From Paraspadella gotoi (taxonomy: Eukaryota; Animalia; Chaetognatha): a DNA stretch of 64,000 nt. The notes under the pieces were generated by a model that saw nothing but the letters and a program-made list of their open reading frames with translations, was not told the DNA's origin and ran no database searches. The stretch is taken from contig CM119263.1 of assembly GCA_051294375.1 (NCBI GenBank), positions 27,490,568 through 27,554,567 of the forward strand, given 5' to 3'. Position numbers and translations under genes: made by a program. Of the stretch, positions 1-13,211 are shown piece by piece (the stretch's first letter is position 1; each line of letters begins with the position of its first letter).

Positions 1-901
1 GAGAAAAGAGGAAATTATTTCCGGTTAAGAGGGACCCATGGCAGATGCCGATCCATCTCCTCTCTCTTTGATCCTCTTCATTTTCTCCATTTTTCTTTCG
101 CCCGGAGATTTCTCTTTTTCTTTTTTTCTTTCTTTTTCCCCTTTTTTCTCTCCTTTTTTCCTTTTCTTTCCCTTTTCCTTTCCTTCCTTCATTTCCACAT
201 CTTTTCCCTAATTTCGCTTAAACCGGGCGAGAAATAAAGTTTTTTTTTTCTTTTTCTCCTGATATATGGCTTCCGTTGCTCATGGTTTAAACATGGACGC
301 TTTAATTTCTTTTCTCTTTTTTTTTTCCTTACTCTATTTTTTTTTCTACTTTGACTTATCCTGTTTTTCTTTATTGATCTTTACTACAGAATTTCTCATC
401 ATGTTTTCTATATTCTTTTCTACTCTAATAGAAATTATTATCTAGTGTTTGGTTTTTTTGCTTAAAAAAATTTAAGGTTTCCTTTTGTACGGAGTTTAAG
501 AGTTAGATTCTCCTTCCTCCTTTCTTTCCCTTTCCTCTCCTTTCCTCTACTTTCTTCTCCTCTCCTTTCCTCTCCTTTCCTCCCCTATCGTCCTTTTTCC
601 TCCCCTTTTCTCTCCTTTCCTTCCCTTTCCTTCCCTTTCCTCTCCTCTCCTTTCCTCCCCTATTGTCCTTTTTCCTCCCCTTTTTTCTCCTTTCCTTCCC
701 TTTCCTCCATTTTCCTCCACCTTCCTCCACCCTAACGTCAACCACGTTGCGAGGTTTCTCACTTCCGATTTCCCGCCAAGAAGATGGAGGAGGAAGAAGA
801 GGAGAAAGAAAAGAACAAATAGGAAGAGGAAGAGGAAGAGTTTCCTCTTGTTTTTCATTTCCTTCCTTTTCTTTTCGGTTATCGAAATTCTTGAATCCCT
901 T

Positions 902-938
<37 letters not shown>

Positions 939-3262
939 NNNNNNNNNNNNNNNNNNNNNNNNNNNNNNNNNNNNNNNNNNNNNNNNNNNNNNNNNNNNNN
1001 NNNNNNNNNNNNNNNNNNNNNNNNNNNNNNNNNNNNNNNNNNNNNNNNNNNNNNNNNNNNNNNNNNNNCCGCCGCCGCCCCTCGCCTGAGTCCTTACCCT
1101 ACCCGCGCCTCACCCGCTGCACCCACCCGGTTTTTCCAATTTCTATCACCCGACTCACGCTCTCCCGGATGATATACGACGTCAGTGTTTCCCCCTTTTT
1201 GATCGTCTTTTCATTTCCTTCCTTCCTTTTTTTTCCTTTTTTTCCTTTTTTTCCCTTCTTTTTTAATTTCTCTCTCGCGCAGGGCTTCGCCTTTTCAAAA
1301 TGAAAGCAGGGGAATATTGAATTTTTTTTTTCAGTTTTCTCGTAGACTGAATGATAAAAAAATAAATAAATAAAACGAGGATTAAGCGGGAAAAAAATAG
1401 GAAATACGAAAAACACTAACTAGGATTTTAACCAAGTTTGAAGAGATAAGTATGTTATTTTTTAACGACTCTCTTTAATTTAACCACTTTTCATTTTTCT
1501 TCCCCGCTTATGATATTTCCTAGTAATTGAAACCCATCAGTCACGCTTTATTTATTTTCTTATTCCGCTAATGGAGAAAGAAGCCCGAGACTAAAAATTT
1601 CTCAACAACTATTTTAGAAAAAGAAGAAAAGAAAAAAAGAAAAAAAGAAAAAAAGAAAAAAAATCGCGGACGTCGTTTGATCCAGATTCTTGGGACAGAA
1701 TTTAAAGAGAAAAAAAAAGGAAAAAAGAAAAGAAAATGGTTAAGAACTTAAAAAAACAATGGAAATTGGAATCCTTTTTATAAAAAGGGGCCAAATTTCC
1801 TGAAATTCGGGATNNNNNNNNNNNNNNNNNNNNNNNNNNNNNNNNNNNNNNNNNNNNNNNNNNNNNNNNNNNNNNNNNNNNNNNNNNNNNNNNNNNNNNN
1901 NNNNNNNNNNNNNNNNNNNNNNNNNNNNNNNNNNNNNNNNNNNNNNNNNNNNNNNNNNNNNNNNNNNNNNNNNNNNNNNNNNNNNNNNNNNNNNNNNNNN
2001 NNNNNNNNNNNNNNNNNNNNNNNNNNNNNNNNNNNNNNNNNNNNNNNNNNNNNNNNNCCGGCGTCATTCGTAAGCGAATCACGCGTCCGGCGCCTTTTAC
2101 CTCCGCCTCAGGAGCGCGCCGGTGAGAGGACAGCGGCGCGTTTGACGCCCGTCCGACGCCGCGGACCGGAGAAAAAGGCCGGACGTCCCGGCAAGAGCGT
2201 CCTTCGGAATCGCCGGTCGCGCCGGTTCCGGGGGACGACGTCCGTAACGACGCCTCGTTTCCCTTCGTCCGGCGACGAAATCATAACATTAGGGTTTTCG
2301 TTTTTNNNNNNNNNNNNNNNNNNNNNNNNNNNNNNNNNNNNNNNNNNNNNNNNNNNNNNNNNNNNNNNNNNNNNNNNNNNNNNNNNNNNNNNNNNNNNNN
2401 NNNNNNNNNNNNNNNNNNNNNNNNNNNNNNNNNNNNNNNNNNNNNNNNNNNNNNNNNNNNNNNNNNNNNNNNNNNNNNNNNNNNNNNNNNNNNNNNNNNN
2501 NNNNNNNNNNNNGACAAAATATAAAATCGAATTAACGTATAATAAATCTTTTCTTATAATAAGTAAGAGGATGAGTTACAGAAAGAAGAGAGAAAAAAAA
2601 AACGATATACGTCTTCTCATAAATCTCTCATCGTAAGCAGTCGGCGTCGCCAAAAAGCTTGATTTATTGCTTGGGTCATTGGACACGAGTGGGGAGTTGA
2701 AACTCTTCAAATACAATAGTTATACAACGGAGTGTTTGATAATTTTGCCGTTGAAATATTCTGCGAGGAAATACAGTGGTAATGAATGTTAGATGTATGT
2801 ACATTGTACAATTGCATTAGAACTTACAGCTTCGGCTTAAAATTCCGTGTTCGGCTTTAGATAAAACCAAAAGCCATTAATATCGAGTAAAACTCAAATA
2901 ATAAAATAAGACCGACACGGTTTCGTCCTCTCAACCGAAACAACAACAACAACGACCACTACTACTAATAAAATAAAGAGAGAACAAAAAAGGAGTAAAA
3001 CCGTACAATTCCGATGCGCATCGCGACATCAGTTTGGCTGTTTTATCGGAAAATACGATCGCCGCGCCATGCGGCCGCGAAAAACAAAAGCGCAATAAAA
3101 GTGGCAATCGAAAGAAGAAAAATCGGCGCCGCGCCCTCTANNNNNNNNNNNNNNNNNNNNNNNNNTTTAAAATCAATTTGGAACTTCCTAACCCACGAGC
3201 GGAACGAGAATGAAGGACCGACCGCGGAATTTTTTTTTTCTAAGGTGAGAGAGAGAGAGAGT

Positions 3263-3347
<85 letters not shown>

Positions 3348-6176
3348 TTGAGGCATATCTTTTGGGTGTTGAGGTGAAAGGAAAAGACAAATTTGAAGGA
3401 AAGGAGAAAAGGAGAAAAAGGAGAAAGGAGAAAAGGAAAGGAGGTAAAAACGAGAAAGGAAAAGAAAAAACAAAGGAGAAATGAAAAGAGAAAAAAGGAG
3501 GAAAGAAAGTAAAAAAAAAGAAAAAAAAAGAAAGAGGGGTAAAAGAAAAAAAAACGAAGAAAAGAAGAGAGAAGGAAAAAGTATAAAGGAATAGGGAGAG
3601 ATAAGAGAATTTAAAAAATTAACGAAAAGGGAGAAAAAGAAAGGAAAAAAGGAGAGAAAAGAGAAGTGAAAGTAAATGAAAACAAAATATAAAGGGGGGA
3701 AAGGAGAAAAAAAAGTTGGAGTTAGAGTGAGTGAATGAAGTGAGTGAGTGAGGGAGTGAGAAAGCGTCGGCCAATGAGGGAGTGAGAAAGGGGTCGGCCA
3801 TATGAGGATGGCGTCTTATGTTTATGAACGTCATAACTCAAATTCCCTTCTATCAACTTTTTTTTTTCTCTTTACCGTTTGTGTTAAAGGGCGGAGGGGT
3901 TGGTGGTAAGGGGTGAGAAGTGAGGAAGGGGGTCAAATGCGACTGAGATCACGACGATCCACCCCAACCATTCCCCCTCTCCCCGGTGGTCATTAGAGTT
4001 GAAAGGGGGATCAGCGTCGGCGTCTTGTTTCATCGGTCGGATCAGTCGGTAGCTAGCAGTTGAGGAGCTAAGCGCTTCATGACGTTGACGGCGAATTTTC
4101 GGCTTGGTCGAGTTTCTCTTTGTTTTTGTTGTTGTGTTGTGTGTTGTTGTTGTGTTGTATTTGTTTAACCATGCGTCTTCGTCGCGACGCAAAACTGTTG
4201 ACCAGTCGTGAGCCGATGTGGAAGAAGCAGTGAGCCGATCGGGAAAGAACCATAAATCGATTGGACTCCGTTATGGTCAGGACTCCTTATTTTGACATAA
4301 CGGACTCCGTCGGACTGACGTTTGTGAAGAGTTCCAACGTTTATTTACTAATTTACTTATCATCATTTGTCAAGCATATCGTTTTACAACAATTTTTTCC
4401 CCAAAAAGTCAGTGATATTTCTATAACCTTATTGCAAACAAACTCAACTTGTATTTACTACAAGACTCTCTATTTAAACTCAACGAGAATTTTAATCCCA
4501 CCTCGCTAACGCGAAGGGGAGAAAAAAAAACCTCTTGAAAGGCGACACACATCAATAAATTACGATAATGAAACCTATCTTTTCTCCAGATTTTTTTTTT
4601 TCACAGAAAAAAAAAAAGAGCAAAAAAAAAAAGGAAAAAAAAGGAAAGAAATTCTGACGTCGAAATGGCGAAAAAAGGAAAGAAAGAAAAAAGAAAGAAA
4701 TTCGACTTGGCGTCTTAATCCGTTGGGTCTGTCGTCGTCGTCGTCGTCGTCCGTCGTCGTCGTCGGGACATTGAGAGAACCTTTTCAGAATCTTTCGTCG
4801 TCGTCGTCGTCGTGCATCGTCGTCGTCAGTAAGCAGAAGCCGTTTGTCGCAAATCGCAATTTTCCCGCCCCTCGGCCTTTGACCTTCTCATTGACGGACT
4901 TACCTCCGGCGCTCAACCCTTACCCACTTCGATCCCATAATGATGCGGGACAACAACAACAGACAACAACGAGAACCACCCCCAACCACCTTTGGCCCAA
5001 CGTTCTACCACCATATTTCACACAATTCCACGTTTAAGTACAGTGTATTCATTAAGGCGGAGTGAAAGTTGCAGATGGAAATTCGAATAGTTGCTCATGA
5101 ACAGTCTTGTCTGCATTGATGTCATAAAAATATTATTTAATATACCATAGAAAAGTCAAAATTTAATTTTTTTTTTAGTTTTTAAAGCAGATTCGAATTT
5201 TTCATCAAAAGTTGATAAAAAACAATATAAGTCTTAATCAAAATTCTTTCTTTAAAACTTTTTTAAAACTCTAATTTTTATACTAAAATTAAATTATAGG
5301 TAACTATAACAGTTTTTAGGGTTTGACCCACTTAATGAATAATTTTCTAAAAAGAGTTATATTTCTTTCATCAACTTTTCGTGAGGAATTCGAATCTTCT
5401 TTCAAAATAGGAAAAAAAAAACATTTTAAATGGTAAGTACTCTATATAAATATGGCGTATAAAAAAATTGAAAAAAATAAAAAAATAATTTTTTTTTATT
5501 TAAAAATGTTCACAGCGTACAAGCCAGTTCATGATCTATTGCTATACCCTCAATATTAGTATTCTCTCTTCAAGATCCTTCAAGCGCAGCCGAGCATCCC
5601 TCCGTCCGTCCGCTCGTCCATTAACTCACCACCTTTGCTGACCGGCGGCCCGACCATCGTCCGTCCGTCGTCCGGATTCTCCGTCTAAACATTCGAAAGA
5701 CTCAGCGACCGCAAAACCATTTTCGGTTTTTTTTTTCATAGGCACGAATTGGATCATTAATCCATTCGTCGTGGCATCCGTCCGTTCCGTTATCTGAACC
5801 TTTATTCGAGCGGTTTATCCTTCAGTGGTAATGGTCCCTATAATCCTTCCAAAACGTTTGAATTCCTTCCTTCATTCATCCAGCTATCCTTGAATTTGGC
5901 TCTAGATATTTGATCAATCTACTGTAAATCAGTTCATCAATCCAGCCAGTATCGTTACAAGTTAGGAAGTGGACAGTCTGAGACATTTGTTAGAGTTTTA
6001 CATACTCTGTCTCGAGCTCTCTCTCTCTCTGTCTCTCTCTTTCTTTCTCTTTTCCACCATTTTTCACTCTCTCTTTCTCATTTACTTTCTCGCTTCCTTA
6101 CCCTCTTTTCTGGACTCACCTCCATCTTTTCTCCGACCATCTCATCTCGTCCTTACCTAATTTCGATTCGTCACGA

Positions 6177-6259
<83 letters not shown>

Positions 6260-6759
6260 GAGAGAGCCTGTCGAGGGAAATAGGATAAAAGGATAAAATG
6301 ATTTCGAGGAAAAAAAGAGAGAAAAAAAGGGGAAATGATTCGTGGACGAGTTTTCTGGTCAAATTTGTCCCCTGGGGGGATTGAGGGGGGATTGAGGGGG
6401 GATGATGAGATTGAGGGGGTGAGGGGGTGAGGGGAGAAAGACAGGGGGAAAGAGGGTAGGATGGGGGGAAAGGGGAAAAAGAGGCGGATAGGAGGAGGAG
6501 ATGACGAGAAGACAATAAAAGTATATTAATATTTTTAATCATCTCTTATTTAAAACTTTCACTGAACTTTAACAAAATAATTATAAAAAAACTGTAATAA
6601 TTATTGAACCGAAAAGATTTCCCTTACTACGCTGTGTATAGATATATATTTGAATAATATAATGCAATATTAAATATTCTTTTTTCCTCGTCAAGAATTC
6701 TAATTCCCGCGGCGATTTCCGTTCCTCGTGCATCATCTGAAGCACAAACGAAACGTAAG

Positions 6760-6831
<72 letters not shown>

Positions 6832-7208
6832 CTCTCTCGTCTCTCTCTCTCTCCCTCACAATGAGTGTCATCCTTGATTTACGATCCTCCACTGTCACTA
6901 GAGACTTGAAAAATAAATGAGTTTCGTTAAGTGAAGAAGTCTGGATTTCATCAAAGATGCAGACGAAAACCCCGAGTTGTTGTTATTTTCTGACGGGGCG
7001 ACATCTGTGGCGGCGCAGGGGGCCTCGTCGTTTCGGGTCTTAGAGGCTCGATAATTGATGAGATTTTGTTTGACAAATTTATTAGCTTAACAACCGATGA
7101 TTTATTAATGAGCATCGGATTGGATGTAAACATCTGTGGACAACACTTTCTTTCTCTCTCTCTCTCGTCTCTTCTTTCTTTCTTCTTTCTTTCTCTTTCT
7201 TTCTTTCT

Positions 7209-7247
<39 letters not shown>

Positions 7248-7426
7248 CTCTTTCTATCTACTTATTTCAGTCTGCCCTTGAGAACCAAACAAAGTATAAA
7301 AGATGTATGATATGATGACATAGAGAAAAGACGAGGTGGCAGAGAGGGATCTACTTTTTTTTAAAGAGAAAGAGAAAAAAATTGGAAGAAAGTTTTTTTC
7401 TCCTGTCAGTTCTGAGACCCCACTTT

Positions 7427-7476
<50 letters not shown>

Positions 7477-8036
7477 TCTCTCTCTCTTTTCCTCTCTCTC
7501 TCTCTACTCTCTTTCTCTCTCTCTCTCCAACGAAAAAAGTCTTCCTCTCGGCAGTTTTGAATAATATATTCAAATTCGGTTTTTCGCGGTGGCCATTTGC
7601 TGAATCGGGGGTGTGGAGGGGGTGGAAAAAAAAAGGAAGGGGGAGGTGGGGTAAGGAGGGGGTTGATTCGAATGACGGCAAAGATTCTGGAAGAACGATT
7701 GTTTGAATGCGAATACAACAACGACAACATAACAACAAAGACTGAAAAGAACAACAGTGAAAATCGGGTTCACGGATCAACGAGCGTGAAACAGAGATTG
7801 TGAACAAACGGCGTTTGTCGCAGAGTGAAGAAAGGTTTTCTTTTCGGACGATGTGGGTCAGAAGCTCACAGTTTGCTCTGCGTTGTTAAGTCAACTTCGG
7901 CGCTTTTGCTCTGCGGTATGCTCGTCTTGTTGATTGTTCTCTCAGTCATATTTTTAGAAAGGGGAAGCCTGTTAGAGCTCGACAGGTTTTTAAATTGAAC
8001 GCTTGGCTATATTCTATTGTACTTGAGCAGAGAGAG

Positions 8037-8122
<86 letters not shown>

Positions 8123-9678
8123 ACGTAGGCGTTTTTTACTCTTTCGTCAATCGGGTTCAGTTTTATTCATAAAGTCTAGAAGCAGGAGGAGGAGAGAGGA
8201 GGAGAAGGAGGAGGAGGAGGAGGAGGAGAGGTGAATGTGAGGAAGTCAAGAAAAATAAGAGAGACAAAGTATGACAGATAAAATTTTATGCTTTGGGTTT
8301 AAACTCGTCATTGTCGTCGTCGTCATTGTCGTCGTCGTCATGTCGTCATCTTCCTTACCATAAATTTGCTCACGTCGTCATGTCGTTATCATTAAATCCC
8401 TCGAGGGGGAAATCATATTTTTTTTGACCAGGAATATCTCTTGTTACGTACGTATCTGTTTCTGTCTCCATCTATGTCTCTCCATCTTCCGTCTCTGCTT
8501 TCTGTCTCTCCATCTCTCCGTCTCTCTGATCTTCCTGTCTCTCCATCTCTCTCTTCTCTCCTTTCTTTTTCTGCAAACACGCACGTGATTTTTTTTTTTT
8601 AATCACCTGGTGATATTCTCTCTCTTTTTAACGCCGCTAATCAACTTTGCCGCTTCGCTTTTCCCATTTCTATCAAAGCAGCGATTTGGGCGTTTGTGTG
8701 TTGTAAAGGCGCCGAAACTGGCGAAGGTAACACCCGTTGGCTCCTGCAGCCAGGAGTCGGCGTTTGGCGTTGCGCCCTTCATCGAAGTCTCATCGTCATC
8801 AACGTCGCAGTTTAATTCCAGATTCGCGTTCACGCTCAACATCCGGGTGAGAGAAAATCGAATGAAACTGTCGAAAGCGGATGTAATGACTTTCATAATC
8901 TCCGGGTAATTAATTAAGTGGCCTATATTTAGTAATTACTTTCAGTGTCAGCTAAAAAAAATTGAACAAATTTGGCCAAAATTTAGAAAAAAATTATTTG
9001 CGAAGCGCAGGGAGAAAATTTACCATGAATACCAAATGAATTACTAATCATTTTCATCTTTTCAAGCATTTAAATTCATTTATTCTATTTATTATGTAGG
9101 TATATTATATACTATATTTTTCTTCTTCGATCTGGCCTAGATGAGGTTTAATGTAAAGCTTTCTAAAATCTTCTACTTAATTCCTTACTTCCTTAATCGC
9201 TCCCAATATCGAAATCAACATCTACCCTGGCGAAAATTGGACGCGATCAGGAAAGGGTAATTCAACCCTGCGGCGTCTGCTGCGCGTGGCGTCCGCGCGC
9301 CAGCAGCTCCACCCTTTCTCCCTCAATTTCGGGTCCGGCGCTCCCGGCGCCCCCCTCCAACTAATTAACCGGCCGTTGGCATCGTTCGTTTCATTAAAAG
9401 CCGCGACAAACAAAAGGGTCGCGAAAAACAATCGATGTAAACAAAAGACGAAAATCGTTGAATAAATGAAGAGAAATTCGCAAGTTTCACGCCTGCGATT
9501 TCAGATTGGGGCACAACAATAACAACTACAATAATCACAACAACACGATGACGACGAATCTTTCTTTTTTTTTCCGCGTTTCATGCAAAGAAATCAACAA
9601 AAATGCCCAGCATCTCCCTTTCAGCCTTTTCTAGGCGAGGTCCATTTGGGGAAATGCCCGCCCGAAGAGAAGAGGGAG

Positions 9679-9756
<78 letters not shown>

Positions 9757-11544
9757 ATGGCTATACTCAGAAGCCTCGAATCGCGCAGCCTCCGGGAGCA
9801 GCGCGCGGCGGCCGATCGCTCTCCCTGCCTTCGACTTACTTCGCTCGGCTATTCTTACTCCTCTTCCTCTTCCTTCTCCCTATCTCCCGGATCCGCGCGA
9901 CGGCAGAGTCGATCCGATCGGAGCTGCAGCGGCGAACTTACTCTTTTCTCTCTCTCTTACCCTCGTCACCGGCGAGGCTCTTCTCTCTGCCTCCGAGCGG
10001 ATCGATCATGGTTCGCGCGGATCCGGGAGTCTCTTTTAAAGAGATAAGGCCTTTTTGAAAATATTACATTATTGTAGGGTCATTTCACGTTGTCAAAAAA
10101 AAGAAAAAAAAAAAAAAAAGAAGAAAGAAAGAAAAAGAGAGAAGAAGAAAAAAGAAAGGGAAAAAATATTAAAAATTTAGACAACAATTTTTTTTAATAT
10201 TAAGATTTTGAGGTTAAATATTAATATTAATAAAAAAGATATCTAACAATAATGATTAAATATGCTGAAAACAATTGAAAATATGATAAAGATAAAAATG
10301 ATCGCAAATGAGATGATATATATTATTTGCATTTTTGTTGAAGAGTAAAGAGTAGAAAAATTTTAAAATCAAGTAGAATAAAATTCGAGCTTTGCCAGCT
10401 TGAATATTTTTAAATAATGTTTTTTTAATTTTTAATTTTCACAGAGCCCATATTTATATATATATTATATATATATACATTAATTTAAATTTAATTCGAT
10501 TGACTAAATATAAAATTTTCCAAAAAAAGTCTAGCACAGGTTTTTAAGGTTGTCTTTTGTCTCAGAAAGCTTCCTTAGTGCCGTACTGTTTTGAGAGGTC
10601 GCCTTAAGCTTATACCAGGAGTGTAGCAAAGTTGAAACAAAAGCCCGTGCAAAACATTTGTCTGGAATCCTAAGCTACTACTACTACTACTACTACTTTA
10701 ATTAATTAATCCATTTATAATGCAGGTTAATAAATACAGTATAATTTTTCTTGTTTGTATTTCCTGTAATTAAGGTGGAGATATCTCTGAGTACCTTTAG
10801 GATAGAGACGTAAGTTGTGGCTCATTTTGAAACCCGACATGTGACATATCTGACATTATCAATTTTCACTCAATTCTAAAATGTCTTTAGTATTATCTTC
10901 TCGGCCCCAATGAGGTCTTTGAATTTGAGCATCAACTTATGATTTCTTTACCTTTTAATATTTCACAAATTCACAATCAATTAAAACTTAGGTTAATTTA
11001 AAAAAAACATAGTATGCAAAATGCAGCCTATTGTCAGCTCTATTAAGTGGTATCGACTTCATATTTTTTTAATTCCTAGTTACTTTTTAACTTCTCAAAT
11101 TAATAAAAAGATTCTTTTTTAACAAATGTTAACAATTTTGTTATTTTGAAAATGCTTTTTTCTAATTTAGAATATATTGTTGTATTGGATTCAGCTTGGA
11201 TTTCTTTGTTTTTTCTTGTTTGTTTTCATTGGTCATTCAAGAAGCTTTATTTTTTACTCAAATTCATTATTATTTTTCGGCCTATAGAGAAAGAAAAATT
11301 TGTTGAAATACTTGAATACTGCTAATCCCTAAAAGAGAACGTCGTTATTAAAGTTAGTGTAGTTTTCTTTGATTACCATGAGAGTCCAAAAAATGAAACA
11401 CTAAAATCTTATCACAAAATTAGTTATTATCACAAAAAAATTATTCAAGTTTAATTATAATAAGTTTGATGAGAAATTAATGAGAGAGAGAATGACAAAA
11501 TAATACATTAAAATAAAAAACAAAGATAGAAAGAGAGAGAGGAG

Positions 11545-11594
<50 letters not shown>

Positions 11595-12859
11595 AGTGTG
11601 TTGATTGTTGATTGTTTACTGTCGCTCTGTTGACTTGTTGTTGACGGTCGAAAGCTGACCGTTCAAAGTCTCTTGTCGTGGCGAACACACAAAGGAAGGA
11701 ATGAATTATGACACTGCATCTATGTATGTAGGTCGCATGTATGCGATATGATATTTAAGTTATTTATACTGTATTCCGTTACGAATTCATTACCCAGATA
11801 GTCAGTCTTGTTCGGATTAGCTATATTTGTTTTCCTTAATTAAGGATCATTTATTTATTTCATCAGTTCTTTTAATATTTTCAAAGCCTAGTATCTCAAC
11901 ATCCTATATATCCTTTTTAATTATCTTTTTTTTCTATTTTTTTATTTTTCTGTTTCTCATTTTTTTTGTTAATGTTCTATCAGTTCAGATGTAAAATACG
12001 GAAATGTGCCCTTTTGAAATCTAACACATTTTTCTCTTTTCAAGCCATACTCAAATTATACCATAAACTCATTAATGTCATCAACTCATCTATGCCATCT
12101 CTCTTTCTATTCATTTCCAACCTCAATTCAATTTTTTTTTCCCGCGAGACTCATCTTCATCGAATGACTATCATCCTCGATTATCTATTCTGCATCTAAA
12201 GTCGAGATGAGATCAGCAAAGTCCGTAAATGCATCTAATTAGACGAGACATCTCTCTCTTCTCTCTCTCTCCTCGTCTCTCTCTCTCTCTCTTCTTCGCC
12301 TACTTCTCTCTCTCTCTCTCTCTCTCCTCTCTCTTCTCTCTCTTTCTCTTTTATAAGTCAGAAGATTTTACTCTTTCGCGTCCGAGCGTCATAATCGCTG
12401 AGTTTGGGTCGCGGCGCTCAAAGGTTTTTTTAAGTAAGTTATGTAAAAATGATTTAATATTGAATATAAATCTTCTTATATTTATTAGTAATTAATGCTG
12501 AATTGTATATTAGATAACTCTACATGTTTGTCGAATTCATTGTAAATTCATTGTTCTTTTCATTTTGTATAAGACGAGGATAAAAAACTAACGCCGCATA
12601 GTAAGTTAAATTACTGGTGTTTTCGTTCCTCATTGTCAACTTTGTCTCTGATGTACTTTTTTGGACAGAAAGTACTGGGTTTCAATAAGTTATTTTTTTG
12701 CTATTAAAAAATTTTTCCTTACATCGTACACCATGGAAGTTCTCTCTCGAGCAAAACAGAATAAAGTAAATGGATTTCAATTTAGCCTGATTACCATAAA
12801 ATTGTCTCGTACAACGGATGTGGGAGAGAGAGACTGTTAAGGCTATCGGAAAGAAAAAA

Positions 12860-12886
12860 GAGAAAGAGAGAAGAGGAGAGAGAGAG

Positions 12887-12945
<59 letters not shown>

Positions 12946-12958
12946 GGAGAAGAGAGAG

Positions 12959-12992
<34 letters not shown>

Positions 12993-13112
12993 AGAGAGAA
13001 GAGAGAGAGAGAGAAGAGAGAGAGAGGTGGAAGAGAATGAACAGATAGAGACGTAGAAGAGGAAGGAAAGAAAGAAAAGAGAGAAGGAAAGAAGAAAGGA
13101 AGGAAAAGAAGA

Positions 13113-13205
<93 letters not shown>
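12860..13205. repeat. (AG)n microsatellite cluster (representative of dozens across the window)
   Basis: Long imperfect GA tracts; others at ~3250, 6180, 6760, 7430, 8030, 9680, 24780, 28890, 30210, 33710 and 56030. Confidence 0.95.
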
Positions 13206-13211
<6 letters not shown>
